Part shown: positions 1 through 13,262 of the stretch, piece after piece
Position numbering within the stretch: the stretch's first letter is position 1
How the letters are laid out: each line of letters starts with the position of its first letter
Source of the DNA: Azolla caroliniana
Lineage: Eukaryota; Plantae; Polypodiophyta
Length of the DNA stretch: 64,000 nt
Assembly: GCA_043228905.1 (NCBI GenBank)
Contig: JBHGNT010000016.1
Coordinates: 8,742,001-8,806,000 of the forward strand
Direction: 5' to 3'
Notes under the pieces: model-generated
Told to the model about the DNA's origin: nothing
The model's database searches: none
The model's input: only the letters and a program-made list of their open reading frames with translations
Made by a program: the position numbers and the translations under genes

Positions 1-1330
1 CCCGTTTTCTGTGTATGATCCTAAGCTCGATTGTGGCCGAGCGTTGCGTATACGGAGCATTTTAGTTCCCGTCAGATGCAAATTAGAAATCTGTGCACTA
101 CATCGATCAACTGAAGAGGCAACTATATTTATGAAGAAACTCTTGACGTCAAGGATGTTATAAGTGATATCTTTGAGCAGGAAGGCATCAAAGAAGCTAT
201 ATTTAGACCAGATTTGAGCTATAGAAACTCTATGAGTTTCATTGCCAAGCAATGAGATCGGGATATGGAAGTGCTTAAGATAGGATCTTCTGGTGAATAC
301 AATGTTTAACTTCAATGGATAATGATCAAAAGTTACCATCTTGGCAATAATCCCCATAGATCTAGAAGCTTCCCCAAAAAAACTACTAGCATAGAACCTA
401 TCCAATCGTGCCAAATTAGCTACAACCACACTACCATTTGACTGGGAGAAATGAAGAGAGCCTTGCAATTGAGAAATGGAGTGAATATTCCATAGGTCCA
501 ATAAACCAAAAGAGAAACAGAAGGAATCCCAAGCTCTAGCTTCTCGGCCTGTAATTGTACTGATTGAGCCTCCCCTTCTATCCGATGCTTCTTCAATCAT
601 GTTAAAGTCACCACCCACAAGCTAAGAATCCGCTAATCCGACGTATTCAGAAAGAGAAATCCAAAAGGAAGCTCTTTCTGAGGCTGAGTTAGAAGCATAT
701 AGATTTATAATACTAGTCTTTTGAGGTCCTATTTGAAGAATAAGAAATTGCGCTTTTTTATTCAAAATAGTACCTACCGAGACTATGATGGATGCCCATT
801 GTTCTTTAATAGCCATACATAAACCAACTTGTCTACTTTTTGGACTTATCGTTGGGACCCAGAAATGTATCCATCTCCCTGGCAGGATGGAACCATAACT
901 TTGTAGCCTATTAGCGGACAAGTGTTGCTCTTGCAAAAAAAGAATATCAATAGCACCAACATTAGGTGTATCTAGATCTGCTCATATAATTCCTTTAAAT
1001 CTAGGAAAGGCCTGACACCCAAGGTCTTGCACGTTCCAAGAAAGGATATTTAACTTGTCCATACTACATATGATTTAAAGATGTCCGTTTCTCAAGGAGA
1101 ACATCTTGGAGACTGTTCTTAGCACCCTCTTGAGCGCGGATTTGTTGCTTTGTTAGCAAGTCCTTCCCTGCATACTTATGAACCCTATGCTCTTTGATAG
1201 CCTTATCCAACACCTGGCCTTCTGCCATATCCTTCGAGGATCCAAACTTGAAACCATTGGCCTCTTTCTCTGCCAATAACAATTCTACTTTCATTGTTTC
1301 CTTTTTCTCAACAAGAAAGGTCATTTCAAC
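1..1330 (-). mobile_element. L1-clade LINE fragment (ORF1 C-terminus plus ORF2 APE endonuclease), degenerate
   Basis: Minus strand: ORF1 ends with TAG at 1066-1064 and the ORF2 ATG is at 1062. ORF2 reads MDKLNILSWNVQDL...DILFLQE...IINLYA...GGDFNMIE...ARLDRFY...FDHYP, the APE motifs. It has in-frame stops and is truncated at about 1330 by the Gypsy D gag junction. Confidence 0.85.
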
Positions 1331-4300
1331 AAAAAGGGGGGTCATCCACGGGAACCAGAAAAGGGCGCTCCAAGCAGCCAACCAGACCAAAACCAAGCAC
1401 TTACCACAGGACCTCAATCGGGTACGGCCACAAACGCCGAATCCAGCAACACCCGGAAGGCGTATTGCTATTATTGCCGGCAAGAAGGCCACTATAGTAA
1501 CCAATGTCCGACGAAGAGCTACGACAAGCGACCAACGGTGAACATGGTAGACGCAGAAGTCGCGGACTTACAACAAGTCACTACAAGATCAAAAGGCAAA
1601 GCCATGGAGTGGGAAACTCAAGAAGCCATCCGGAAGCAGGCAACCGAATGGGTGAAGAAGGCAAACGAGCGGAATGCGGCACAACTCGAACAACAAAAGG
1701 AGAATGCCGAAGAGCTCACCGGCTTAGGGCAGCCCGAAAACCCAACATGGCAAGCGTTACAAGAATGCCAAATAACAGTACCGTTAGGCCGGCTATTGCA
1801 ACTAGTACCACGCTTCACAGCAGGACTGACGACAGGAATGATGGCAACCGACACACCGCCGGCTCCGGCATTCTTTTCAAATCCGAAGGAAGGACCGGCA
1901 GTGGTAGACACGAGCAGTTCGACAATCACAACCATCGTGAAAGGCAAAGAGCTACCCGACACGATTATCGATGGAGGATCCGGTGTGAACGTGATCAGCC
2001 TCAGAACGTGTAACACTCTAGGAATTCATGACTTGGAACCATGCCCGTTTTGGCTTCAGATGGCGAACACAAGCTCAATACGGCCGACTGGATTAATACG
2101 TGATCTGGAAGTGACCATCGGGGGTCACACATTTCGCATTTCGGCAGTAGTTCTCCAACTTCAGGCTCAGGGAGCTTACCCACTATTGTTGGGACGCCCT
2201 TGGTTAAAAACAACACACATCAAGCAAAATTGGAGGAAGAATATAATTACGTTCTAGCGTGGAAAAGCGAAAGTGTGAGTATTGACTCAACCATGGTCGG
2301 GTACCGGCAAGGAATTGACGCCGCTATATGCGGAATGTGTCAACATGCTGGAAGGATTGGCGGACGAAGAGGTCGATCAATACTTATAGGAAAATCCGAA
2401 GATTGTACCGCTGTTCGAAATTGATGTAGTCGAAGCAGTATCACTGTACATACTGCACCCGGACGGGACCGACGAGGAACCTGATAAAGAAGCGATCCGG
2501 GAGTTACAGCAAGCATAGCAGGCACTGGAAAGAGAAATGGTAGTGTCGTAGCGCGTAAAAGCATCCCAACTAGAAGAGGTAAACATAGGTACCACAGAGG
2601 ACGCAAGACCGGTTCACATCGCCAAGGAAATGACCCCGGAGAACAAAATGGCAATGATCACACTCCTAAAAGAATTTCGCGATTTGTTCACCTGGTCCTA
2701 TGAGGACATGCGGGAACTTGATCCTCAGTTGTATCAACACTAGATACATCTGAGTAAAGACGCCAAACTGGTAGCGCAATGGCGTTATCGGATGAACCCG
2801 AATTACGCAGCAAAAGTCAAAGAAGAAATCGACAAGTTGCTAAGGGTTGGCTTCATCCGACCGGTAAAGAAAGCCACATGGCTCAGTCCGATAGTCGTAG
2901 TACCGAAAAAGAACGGTAAGATAAGAGTGTGCGTTGACTACCGGAAATTGAATGCGGCTACGGTAACGGACGCCTTTCCACTTCCATTCACGGATGGAGT
3001 CTTGGATGCGGTCGCCAGTCATGAGGTGTACAGTTTTTTGGACGGTTTCAGCGGCTATAATCAGATCCGGATGCACCCCGACGACCAGGAGAAAACCACT
3101 TTTGTCACTGAATGGGGAGTCTTTGTTGCTGTAGTTATGATGTTTGGACTGAAAACGGGGCTGACAACCTTCTAGCGGATCATCATGGAGATTTTTGGAG
3201 AATTCATTCCGGCATTCATGCAGGTGTTCTTGGACGACTTCGCCGTTTATAGCCGGGAAGGGGATCGCCTTTAACACCTCCGACTATGTCTGGAGAAATG
3301 TAGGGTTTACCGGCTAAGCCTTAACCCGGAAAAATGCGTGTTCGGAGTGTCCAATGGAGCGTTACTTGGCCACATCGTGAGCAAGGACGGTATTGCAGTG
3401 GATCGGGACAAGGTCAAAGCTATTTTGGAGGCACCGGCACCAACCTCGACAAAAGGATTAAGCCGGTTCTTAGGACAAATTCGGTGGCATTGCCGAATGC
3501 TCTGGTATCTGGCAGACCTGGCTACACCATTGCATGCTGCGGTACGTTGGACACTGTTCCAATGGATGGACACAAAAGACAAGGCTTACCGGGCACTAAA
3601 AGTACTATTGTCACAAGCGCCGGTGGTGCAACCTCCGGATTGGTCTAAAGAGTTCCATGTGTTTGTTGACGCGTCCGACATCGCAATCGGGAGCGCGCTT
3701 ATGCAACTTACAGAACCGAAGTGGTACCGCCCAGTGTATTATGCCAGCTGGAAGCTGTCCCAAGCAGAACGTAATTACTCCACAATGGAAAGAGAGGCCT
3801 TGGGCATGATCTACAGTGTCACCAAGTTTAGACACTATCTGTTGGGAAGGAAATTTTCCTTCCACGTAGATCATTCGGCACTCCTCTATTCGGTGTCCAA
3901 AGCATCACTCACCGGTAAGCTGGCCCGGTGGACGTTACTATTACAAGAATTCGAGTTCGAGATATTCCACCGACCCGACATACAACATGTGGTAGCAGAC
4001 TATTTGAGCCAGTTAGATTCCGGCGAAACTAGTGACGACGTCCTAGACGATTTCCCGGATGCAGAGCTATTTAAAGTCACAACAAAAACGACAACGGATG
4101 GTACGGTCGCAGAGGAAGACAAGTGGCTCACCAACATGCACCAATTTTTGAGCACTGGCTTACCTCTGGAGGAGATGAACAGAGACGAGAGGAAACGCGT
4201 AGCTGTTCAAAGTTGGCACTTCTATCTATTACAGGACACACTGTACCACAAAGGCGCAGATGGCATATGGCGGTGTGCAGTGCGCAGCGACGAAAAGGAC

Positions 4301-5592
4301 ATAATATTGCGCGAAGCACACTGCGGAGTGGCTAGAGGACATTATGTCGGAGACGCTACGACAAGGAAAATATGGCAGAGTGGACTATGGTGGCCAACAA
4401 CATTGAAGGATGCAGTCCGATACGCTAAAGAATGCGACCTATGTCAGCGAATGGGCCAACCAACCGAACAAGCCAGGATGCCTCAGCAGCCCGTGCTACT
4501 GTTAGAACCATTTCAAAAATGGGGACTGGATTTTGTCGGTCCATTCAAACCACTAGCAATGAGAACCGGCAACTAGTACGTGATTGTCGCTACGTATTAT
4601 TGCACAAAATGGGTGGAAGCCAAAGCACTATGCGACAACACCGCGGCATCCATGGCAAAATTTTTATATGAATACATCTGGTGCCGGTATGGATGTTCGA
4701 TAGAGCTAATAAGTGACCAAGGTGGCCACTTCTTAGGGCAAGTGGTGGAAAGTTTGACGACATTCTATGCGGTGGTGCATAAACGGAGCACTCCCTATTA
4801 TCCGCAAGCCAACGGATTAACCGAGTCAACAAAAAAAACACTACAGAACATCCTTCGAAAAATCGTCAATGAGAACCGGACGGATTGGGATACAAAGCTA
4901 CACAGTGCACTCTGGGCCTATCGAACGGCATATAAGACAAGTATCCGCACAACACCGTTTCACCTAGCATTCGGATTGGAGGCAATGATGCTAGCGAGTT
5001 CCAAGTACCGAGTTTACGAATACAGATTCGGGAACGCCTAAATGAGAAGGAATTGGAAGCGATCCGGTTAGCCGCGCTGTGCGAATTGGAAGAACACCGG
5101 CTAGCCAGCATCATGCACCTAGAACTTGAGCAGCGGCGAAGGAAAGCGTTCGTGGATTGTCACCGAAAAGGGAACGAAAAGATGCTCGGAATCGGTAAGC
5201 CGGTACTAGTCTTCCGGACCCGGATGGGTAAGATGCCGGGGAAGCTACGGTTTCGGTGGACCGGACCATACTGGATCACGCGTGAGTTCAACGGTTCCTA
5301 CCAGTTAAGGACACTCGCCGGCGAGGTTCTGGGTAAATGGTTCAATGGGTTCCGACTCAAACCATACAATGGACCCATGCCAAGAAACCCATTTGAACAA
5401 GTAAAGGCCGACACAGAACCGGACACCGGTAAGTCGGAAGAGACGGCAACACGTTTAGCAAATGGCAAGCGCGAAGCCGGTAAGAGGGAGCACGAGCCGG
5501 CAAACGGCAAGAACGACGCGACGGCAAGCAGTCCATCGGCCGGTAAGTCCCACAATTCGGATAGGGGTCCGGTGGGACCGGATGCGAATTAA
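1331..5592 (+). pseudogene. Gypsy D gag-pol (protease IIDGGSGVN, RT FLDGFSGYNQI / FLDDF, RNase H VDASD, integrase HHCC + DDE + GPY/F), with multiple stops
   Basis: ORF fragments 1538-2257, 2792-3175, 3338-4576, 4580-5041 and 5053-5592 are collinear with the intact pol at 25304-28837. Confidence 0.93.
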
Positions 5593-5994
5593 CCAAACAG
5601 TTTTATTATAAAAAAAAAAAATAAAAAAAAAAATCGAATCAAATCAAATCAAATCAAAGTAAATCATGCACGGGCAACGTGTGAACAGACACATGCAAGA
5701 ACAAGGAGTGAACTGGCGCTTTGAAAAGGTACGTAGTGGGCTATTAATAGGGTATTAAACCGCCGCCACATGGCACGTCATTCTATTCTAGTACACGACG
5801 TGCACACACGCGGGGAAGAAAAAAAAGGCGCCAACATGCAACAAGAAAACTCCCATCGCATGGAGGTTTTCACATTTTGCAAACAAAGGAGCACAACCGC
5901 ACACAGGCGATTGAAGATCATCAGACGCGAGGCCACACACACAAAGCCTCCTCCAACACATCCCTCACCAACGCTCACCGACCTCGAAGATGCC

Positions 5995-6594
5995 ATGGAC
6001 TGCCAAGCACTCTCTGAAGCAGCCAAGAAGTGGCTAAGGCAACACGGGTTAGAAGGTTTCCTCACGATCATGGAGGCGTCACCGCACCGGGAGGTGGAGA
6101 AGATAGTAAAGGAAATCGACATAGAACTAATCACAGAGGAGGCCATCCATGCTTTGATTGGCCTTCCGGAGGGGGGCATCTTCACTATCGACAACCCTAC
6201 CCCGGAGCAGCTTCGAAAATATTTTGGCGAATACTCTCTGGCCAGCAAGTCCTACAGGACACAGGGCGGCGAAGATACATTATTTCGAGAGATTGCCCCT
6301 GTGCTCCATGAATTTGGACATGTATACCCTCAACCCCTGTGCATGCCTCAGAACCGAGCCGACTTAGTCATAGCAACGTATGAAGGTGGACTAGCTGATA
6401 CTGATTGTGGACGGCCTCTGTGCGGCCATCGACTTTGTAAGAGGCAAGGAAGGTCGGAAAATATGGACTGCAGTGGGCAATGGCTCACCTTATTGGCGCC
6501 ACCTATCAAGCCCGTCAAGACCACGAAGCGGGGGAGAACAATCGTAGGCACCCCAAAAACGGCTTCAAAACGGTAGTAGTTGTTGGGCTCTAAG
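5995..6594 (+). pseudogene. Gypsy D extra ORF, 5' part (interrupted by element E)
   Basis: MDCQALSEAAKKWLRQHGLEGFL...GLPEGG is homologous to 29212-31713. It resumes at 16572. Confidence 0.85.
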
Positions 6595-7030
6595 TGTTAC
6601 CCGGCCGACAAGAAGGCTTAAGGATGTCCAGACCAAAGTGTGAAAGGAATAGTTTATTCGGGAACTGTTGTAATTATTTTATTAATATGGACGGACGGAC
6701 CGGAATCGGTATGCCGATTCGGATCTGGACCGATTCTGAATAGGTGCCGGTTGGCACCGTTTTGTACTTCGCACCGGAGACCTATATAAAGGCCCGGTTA
6801 CAATGTAATTGACAACGGATAATTAATAGAACTTATTGCCTTAACCTTTCAGTATTGATTACCGTTCTGTACTCATTGTTATATCTTACGCGTGTAATGA
6901 CGTATTGCTAAGTAACCAATTAAGGTCTAATTAAGCGTTGTGTCGTAAGTCATCTTGCCGTAACACCCTTTGGTGAAGTGTCTTAAATGGACATCCTGTG
7001 TTAGGCTGTTGTCTGACCCTAGGATTAACA
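6595..7030 (+). repeat. 5' LTR of element E
   Basis: TG...CA ends with TGTTA/TAACA inverted termini, a TATATAAA box near 6783, and a near-identical copy at 16131-16566. Confidence 0.95.
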
Positions 7031-7037
7031 CAGTTTT

Positions 7038-7050
7038 TGGCGGCCACGAT
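7038..7050 (+). promoter_or_regulatory. Primer-binding site, tRNA-Arg (CCG/UCG-type) like
   Basis: LTR-CAGTTTT-TGGCGGCCACGAT; sibling copies read TGGCGACCACGAT at 18970 and 23424. The tRNA assignment is from recalled plant tRNA-Arg 3' ends and was not checked. Confidence 0.7.
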
Positions 7051-7085
7051 TCCTACACAATCGCAGTGAACAACGGCGGGAATGG

Positions 7086-10000
7086 ATGACTAGGCCAATA
7101 GACGACCCGGTTACGGAGAGAGCACGAAGACTTGCTGAATGGCGAAGGCGGAGAGAGGCTTTCCAGCAAGCGACGGAAGAAATCCGATCGGATTGATCAT
7201 TTTCCAAAGTGATCCGGAAAGTGGCGGAGGAGTTGCTCCGTCTGCAACAAAACGCTTACCCGGACGAAGGAAGCAGCTTAATCAGCCTCCGGGAAGCGGA
7301 ATCCCTTCTCCAGGCCTTGGCCGGAAGAGACGACGAATCCGAAGCATTTTTGGTGCTGGAATCGGATTCGGAAGGGGGTTACAGTGCGCACACAAACTAT
7401 CGCAGCAGTAACGACACCCCAGGAGTCAGATACATTATCAACACCGGAACCAGAATTGTTAGATTGGGAACCTCTGGCACTAGACGTGGAGCAACCTCCA
7501 GAGACGGAAGAAGACAAAGAAAGACCTCCGACACCGGAAGTCGAGCCGACAACACCAAAGGAAAACCGGCAAAGACCTCTGACGCCGACGGAACAACAGG
7601 AAAGACCACCGACACCACCAGCCTGCGTACCGACATCGGACGACGACATGCCGTTCCAGTACTCCAAATATAGGGATGACCCGGACGCGGAGGCTCATGT
7701 TCATGCGTTTCAACAAACATGGGAGGTGAATCATGTGTCACAACGGTTAACTGCGGCCGAAGAGGAACTATCTAAGATAGCCGAATTCGGCGTGACATTG
7801 GAAGGACCGGCCGCCAGATGGCACCGGACGCAGGACCCCAGCACCATCACCACCTTTGCGGACCTGAAAGATAAATTCTTGCACTTCTTTCAGAAGGAGG
7901 TGGACCAGAGAGAAATGGTGGGCCTATTTTATACCATCCGGGAGGACCCTGGGGAGAGCATTCCGCAGTTTGTCATCCGGTTTCAATGGATGCATAGTCA
8001 GCTTACCCGAACACCTCCGGAGGAACAAACACGAGCTATATTCTTAGCTGCGCTCTGGGAACCTCTACGAACGGTATGCACGGTCATCGACTTTCGCACA
8101 AGCACCGTTGACCAGGTCATCGACCGGGTTAGAGAAATGGAGAAAACGAGCTCTTGGCTAACAATGGGAGCCCTCCAACGAGCGTTACCAACCGATGAGG
8201 ATCTCCGGTTCTGGCAAGCAATCCAATGCACGACTTGCTTGAATTCCGGACACTCGGCATTGAAGTGCACCATGCAGACGCACTGCTTACTTTGCCAATC
8301 TACGAGCCACACGATGGACCGGTGCAAATATAACTTATTGAATCAGCAAGCACCACCAGTCCGGCAAATCGAGCCACGTAGCAGCCGAGACGAAGAAGAC
8401 GAACACTGGCGGCCAGAGGAGCGATATCGACCGGCACAGGATGTCCGGTACGGCGATCGACGAGACAACTATGACCGGTACGAGAGATATGACAGGTACC
8501 GAGATTACAATGGACGGTCAACCAGGATCACTCCCCTTGGTATCACCAATGATGGGAAGATTACGGGAGATATGACGACCAACCCCATCAAAGGTACCGC
8601 AACAAAAAGAACTTTAATAAAAAATGGCATTTCAAAAAAGGGAGCCACCCACGTGAACTGGAAAAAGGCGCCTCAAGCAACCAACCGGACCAAAGCCCCG
8701 CGGTTACCACAGGTTCTCCACGGGGTACAGGAAACAATGCCGAATCCAGCAATACCCGGAAAGCATATTGCTATTATTGCCGGCAAGAAGGACATTATAG
8801 TAATCAATGTTCAGCAAAGAGCTATGACAAGCGATCGACAGTAAACATGGTAGTCGCCGAAATCGCAGACGTACAATAGGTTACCACAAGGTCGAAGGGC
8901 AAGGCGACGGAATGGGAGACACAAGAGGCCATCCGGAAGCAGGCAACGGAATGGGTGAAAAAGGCAAATGAGCGAAACGTAGCAGAACTTGTGCAGCAAA
9001 AGGAGAACACCGAAGAGCTCGCCGGCGGTAGTCAGACTGAAAATGCGACATGGCAGGCATTGCAGGAGTGCCAAATCACACTGCCATTAGGACGGCTCCT
9101 GCAACTAGTGCCCAGATTCACAAAAGGACTCAAGACAGGCATGACGGCAGGAGAAACACCACCAGCACCAACATTCTTCTCAAATCCGGAGGAGGGACCG
9201 ACGGTGGTAGACACAAACAGTCCGGCGATCACAACCATCGTGAAGGGAAAGGAGTTACCCGGAACAGTAATAGATGGAGGATCCGGTGTCAATGTGATTA
9301 GCCTCCGAACATGCACAACTTTGGGAATCCAAGAGTGGGAACCATGCCCGTTCTAGCTACGGATGGCGGATACAAGCTCAGTGCGATCGATCGGCTTGAT
9401 ACGAGATTTGGAAGTAACAATCGGCGGCCACACATTTTGCATCTTGGCAGTAGTGCTACAATTACAGCCACAAGGAGCTTACCCGCTATTGTTGGGGCGG
9501 CCGTGGCTAAAAATGGCGCACATTAAACAAAACTGGAGGAAGAATATAATCACCTTCTGGCGGGGAAAAGCAAAAGTACGGGTACCGACACAACCACGGA
9601 CGGGTACCGGGAAGGAATTGACACCCCTATATGCCGAATGTGTCAATATGCTGGATGGATTAGCAGACGAAGAGGTGGATCAATACTTGCAAGATAATCC
9701 AAAGATAGTACCTCTGTTCGAAATCGACGTAGCTGAAGCCGTATCACCATACATAGTCCCACCGGATGGAGCGAACGAAGAACCAAATAAAGAAGTGATC
9801 TAGGAGCTACGGCAAGCACAAGAAGCGGTGGAAAGAGAAATGGCCGTATCACAGCGGGTTAAAGCATCCCAACTAGAGGAGGTAAATCTAGGAACTACGG
9901 AAGAGGCGAGACTGGTGCAGATAGCCGAGGAAATGACTACGGAGAACAGAACGACGATGATTACACTTCTCAAAGAGTTTCGGGACGTGTTTGCCTAGTC

Positions 10001-12895
10001 CTATGAGGATATGAGAGGGCTCGATCCTCAACTATATCAACATTAGATACATTTGAGCAAAGACACCAAACCGGTAGCACAACGACGGTACCGGATGAAT
10101 CCAAACTACGCCGCCAAAGTCAAGGAGGAAATCGACAAGTTGGTGAGGGTTGGCTTTATTTGTCCCGTAAAGAAATCTACATGGCTGAACCTGATAGTAG
10201 TCGTACCAAAGAAAAACGGCAAAATTAGAGTATGTGTCGACTACCAGAAGCTTAATGCGGCGACGGTAACTGATGCATTTCCAGTTCCATTTACGGATGG
10301 AGTTTTGGACACAGTCGCCGGCCATGAGGTATACCGTTTTTTAGACGGATTCAGCGGATACAACCAGATCCGGATGCACCCCGATGACCAGGAGAAAACG
10401 GCTTTCGTCACTGAATGGGGAGTGTTTGTTGCCGTAGTGATGATGTTCGGACTAAAAACGGCGCCGGCAACGTTCCAGAGGATCATCATGGAAATATTCG
10501 GAGAATTCATACCGGCATTCATGCAGGTGTTCCTCGACGACTTCGCCGTTTACAACCGGGAAGGAGACCACCTTCAGCACCTTCGACTGTGTCTAGAAAA
10601 GTGTAGGGCTTACCGGCTAAGCCTGAATCCGGCGAAGTGTGTATTCGGCGTGTCCAGCGGAACGCTACTGGGGCATATTGTGAGCAAGGAAGGCATCGTC
10701 GTGGATCCGGACAAAGTAAAAGCAATCCTGGAGGCACCAACACCAACAATAGCAAAGGCATTGAGCTGTTTCTTAGGCCAAATCCGTTGGCATAGCCAAA
10801 TGCTCCGGTATTTGGCGGACCTAGCTACACCACTACATGCTGCGGTACACCGAACACCGTTCCAGTGGACTGACACCGAAGACAAGGCGTACCGGGCACT
10901 CAAAGTTCTATTGTCGCAAGCGCCGGTAGTGCATTCCCGGATTGGGCGAAGGAATTTCATGTGTTTGTGGATGCGTCCGACATTGCAATCAGGAGTGCGC
11001 TGATGCAACTTACGGAGCCAAGATGGTACCGGCCCGTATATTACGCAAGCCGGAAGTTATCCCAAGCCGAACGAAATTATTCCACCACGGAAAGGGAAGC
11101 TTTAGGCATGATCTACAGCGTAACAAAATTCAAGCATTATTTATTGGGAAGAAAGTTTTCCTTCCATGTAGATCATTCGACACTCCTCTACCTAGTGTCC
11201 AAAGCGTCACTTACCGGTAAGTTGGCCCAGTGGACTTTGCTATTACAGGAATTCGAATTCGAGATATTCCACCGACCCGGCATACAGCATGCGGTAGCAG
11301 ATTATTTAAGCCGGTTAGATTCCGGCGAAACCGGCGACGGAGTACCGGACGAGTTTCCGGATGCTGAGCTATTTCGAGTCACCACGGAAATGACAACAGA
11401 TGAAACGATGGCACTAGAAGATAAGTGGCTAACAAATATGCACCAATTTCTGAGCACTGGATTGCCTCCGGAGGAGATGAACCGGGACGAGAGGAAACGT
11501 CTGACGGTAAAAAGCCGACACTTCTGTTTATTACGGGACACGCTATAGCACAAAGGTGCGGATGGTATATGGAGATGAGTGGTGCGCAACGACGAGAAAG
11601 AGGTAATATTACGGGAAGCACACTATGGAGTCGCTGGAGGCCATTATGCCGGGGATGCTACGACAAGGAAGATATGGCAAAGTGGCCTATGGCGGCCGAC
11701 TACATTGAAAGACGCAGTTCGGTACGTGAAAGAGTGTGATCTATGCTAGCGAATGGGCCAACCAACGGAACAAGCTAGGATGCCGCACCAGCCAGTACTA
11801 CCACTAGAACCATTTCAGAAATGGGGACTGGATTTTGTCGGACCATTTAAACCACCGGCAATGAGAACTGGCAACCAGTATGTGATCATTGCGATAGACT
11901 ACTGCACTAAATGGGTGGAAGCCAAAGCCCTACGAGACAACACCGTGGCGTCGACGGCAAAATTCTTATACGAATACATTTGGTGCCGGTACGGATGCCC
12001 CATAGAGCTGATAAGCGACCAAGGAGGGCACTTTCTTGGACAGGTAGTGGAGAGCTTGACGCCATTCTATGCGGTAGTACATAAACGGAGCACCCCGTAC
12101 TACCCACAAGCCAACGGATTAGCTGAGTCAACAAACAAAACGTTACAGAATATCTTGCGCAAGATCGTCAATGAGAATCAGACAGATTGGGACATGAAGC
12201 TACACAGTGCACTCTGGGCTTACCAGACAGCCTACAAAACAAGCATCCAAACCACACCGTTCCAGCTAGCATTCGGATTGGAGGCCGTCATGCCGGTAGA
12301 GTTCCAGGTCCCGAGCTTGCGGATTCAGATTAGGGAACGGTTAAACAAAAAGGAATCGGAGGCAATTCGGTTAGCAGCTCTTTGTGAACTAGAAGAACAA
12401 CGACTAGCAAGTATCATACACCTGGAACTGGAGCAGCGGCAAAGAAAGGCGTTTGTGGATCGCCACCGAAAAGGAAATGAAAAGATGTTTGGAATCGGCA
12501 AGTTGGTACTAGTGTTCCAGACCGAGATGGGAAAGATGCCGGGGAAACTATGCTTTCGGTGGACCGGACCATACTGGATCACGCGCGAGTTCAATGGATC
12601 CTACCAGTTAGGGACACTTGCCGGCGAAGTCCTGGGTAAGTGGGTCAACGGATTTCGACTAAAGCCATACAAGGGACCCATGCCGAGGAACCCATTTGAA
12701 CAAGGAAAGGCCGATGCCGCACCAGAAACCGGAATACCGGAAACAACGGCAACCCGATTAGCAATCGGCAACAACGAAGCCGGTAAGGGGGACAAAGAGC
12801 CGGCACACGGGTTGGATAAGAGGACGGCCAACCGTCACGAGGCCGGCAAGATTCCTCATTCGGGTAAGGGTCCGTCAGGACCAGAGACGAATTAA
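7086..12895 (+). pseudogene. Gypsy E gag-pol with stops and frameshifts
   Basis: gag ORF 7384-8844 (MPFQYSKYRDDPDAEAHVHAF capsid-like region and CCHC knuckles), PR 8955-9803, RT 10053-11003, RH 10961-11548, INT 11753-12895. Confidence 0.93.
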
Positions 12896-13262
12896 CCTAA
12901 TAATAAAAAAATAAAAAAATCGAATCGAATCAAAGAAATCATGCAAAGGAGTGGTGGGAACGGCCATCCAAATGAGGAGTAAAGAGGCACTTCGAAAAGG
13001 TACGAGGAGGCTATGAATAGGGCATTAAACCACCGCCACATGGCACAAAATGCTATTATAGTACACAACATGCACATGCGTAGGCTCGAAAAAGGCGCCA
13101 AGATGCAGAGAGAAAACGCCCCCCGCATCGAGACCTTCTTCTTTCGCGAACCAAGGAGCACAGACGCATATAGGCGCTTGAAGATCATCAGAAGAGAGCC
13201 AACACACAGAGCTTCCTCAAACACAGCCCTCATCGACGCTGTCCGACCTTGACACAGAAGAC

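Noticed and set aside
1327-1331. CAACA as the TSD of element D (also at 34207-34211)
   Set aside because: D's 5' LTR is absent and the two flanks belong to different elements (LINE versus Copia LTR), so the match is probably chance.
1064-1504. 146-aa minus-strand gene
   Set aside because: It is a chimeric frame: antisense Gypsy gag fused to the LINE ORF1 tail across a deletion junction.
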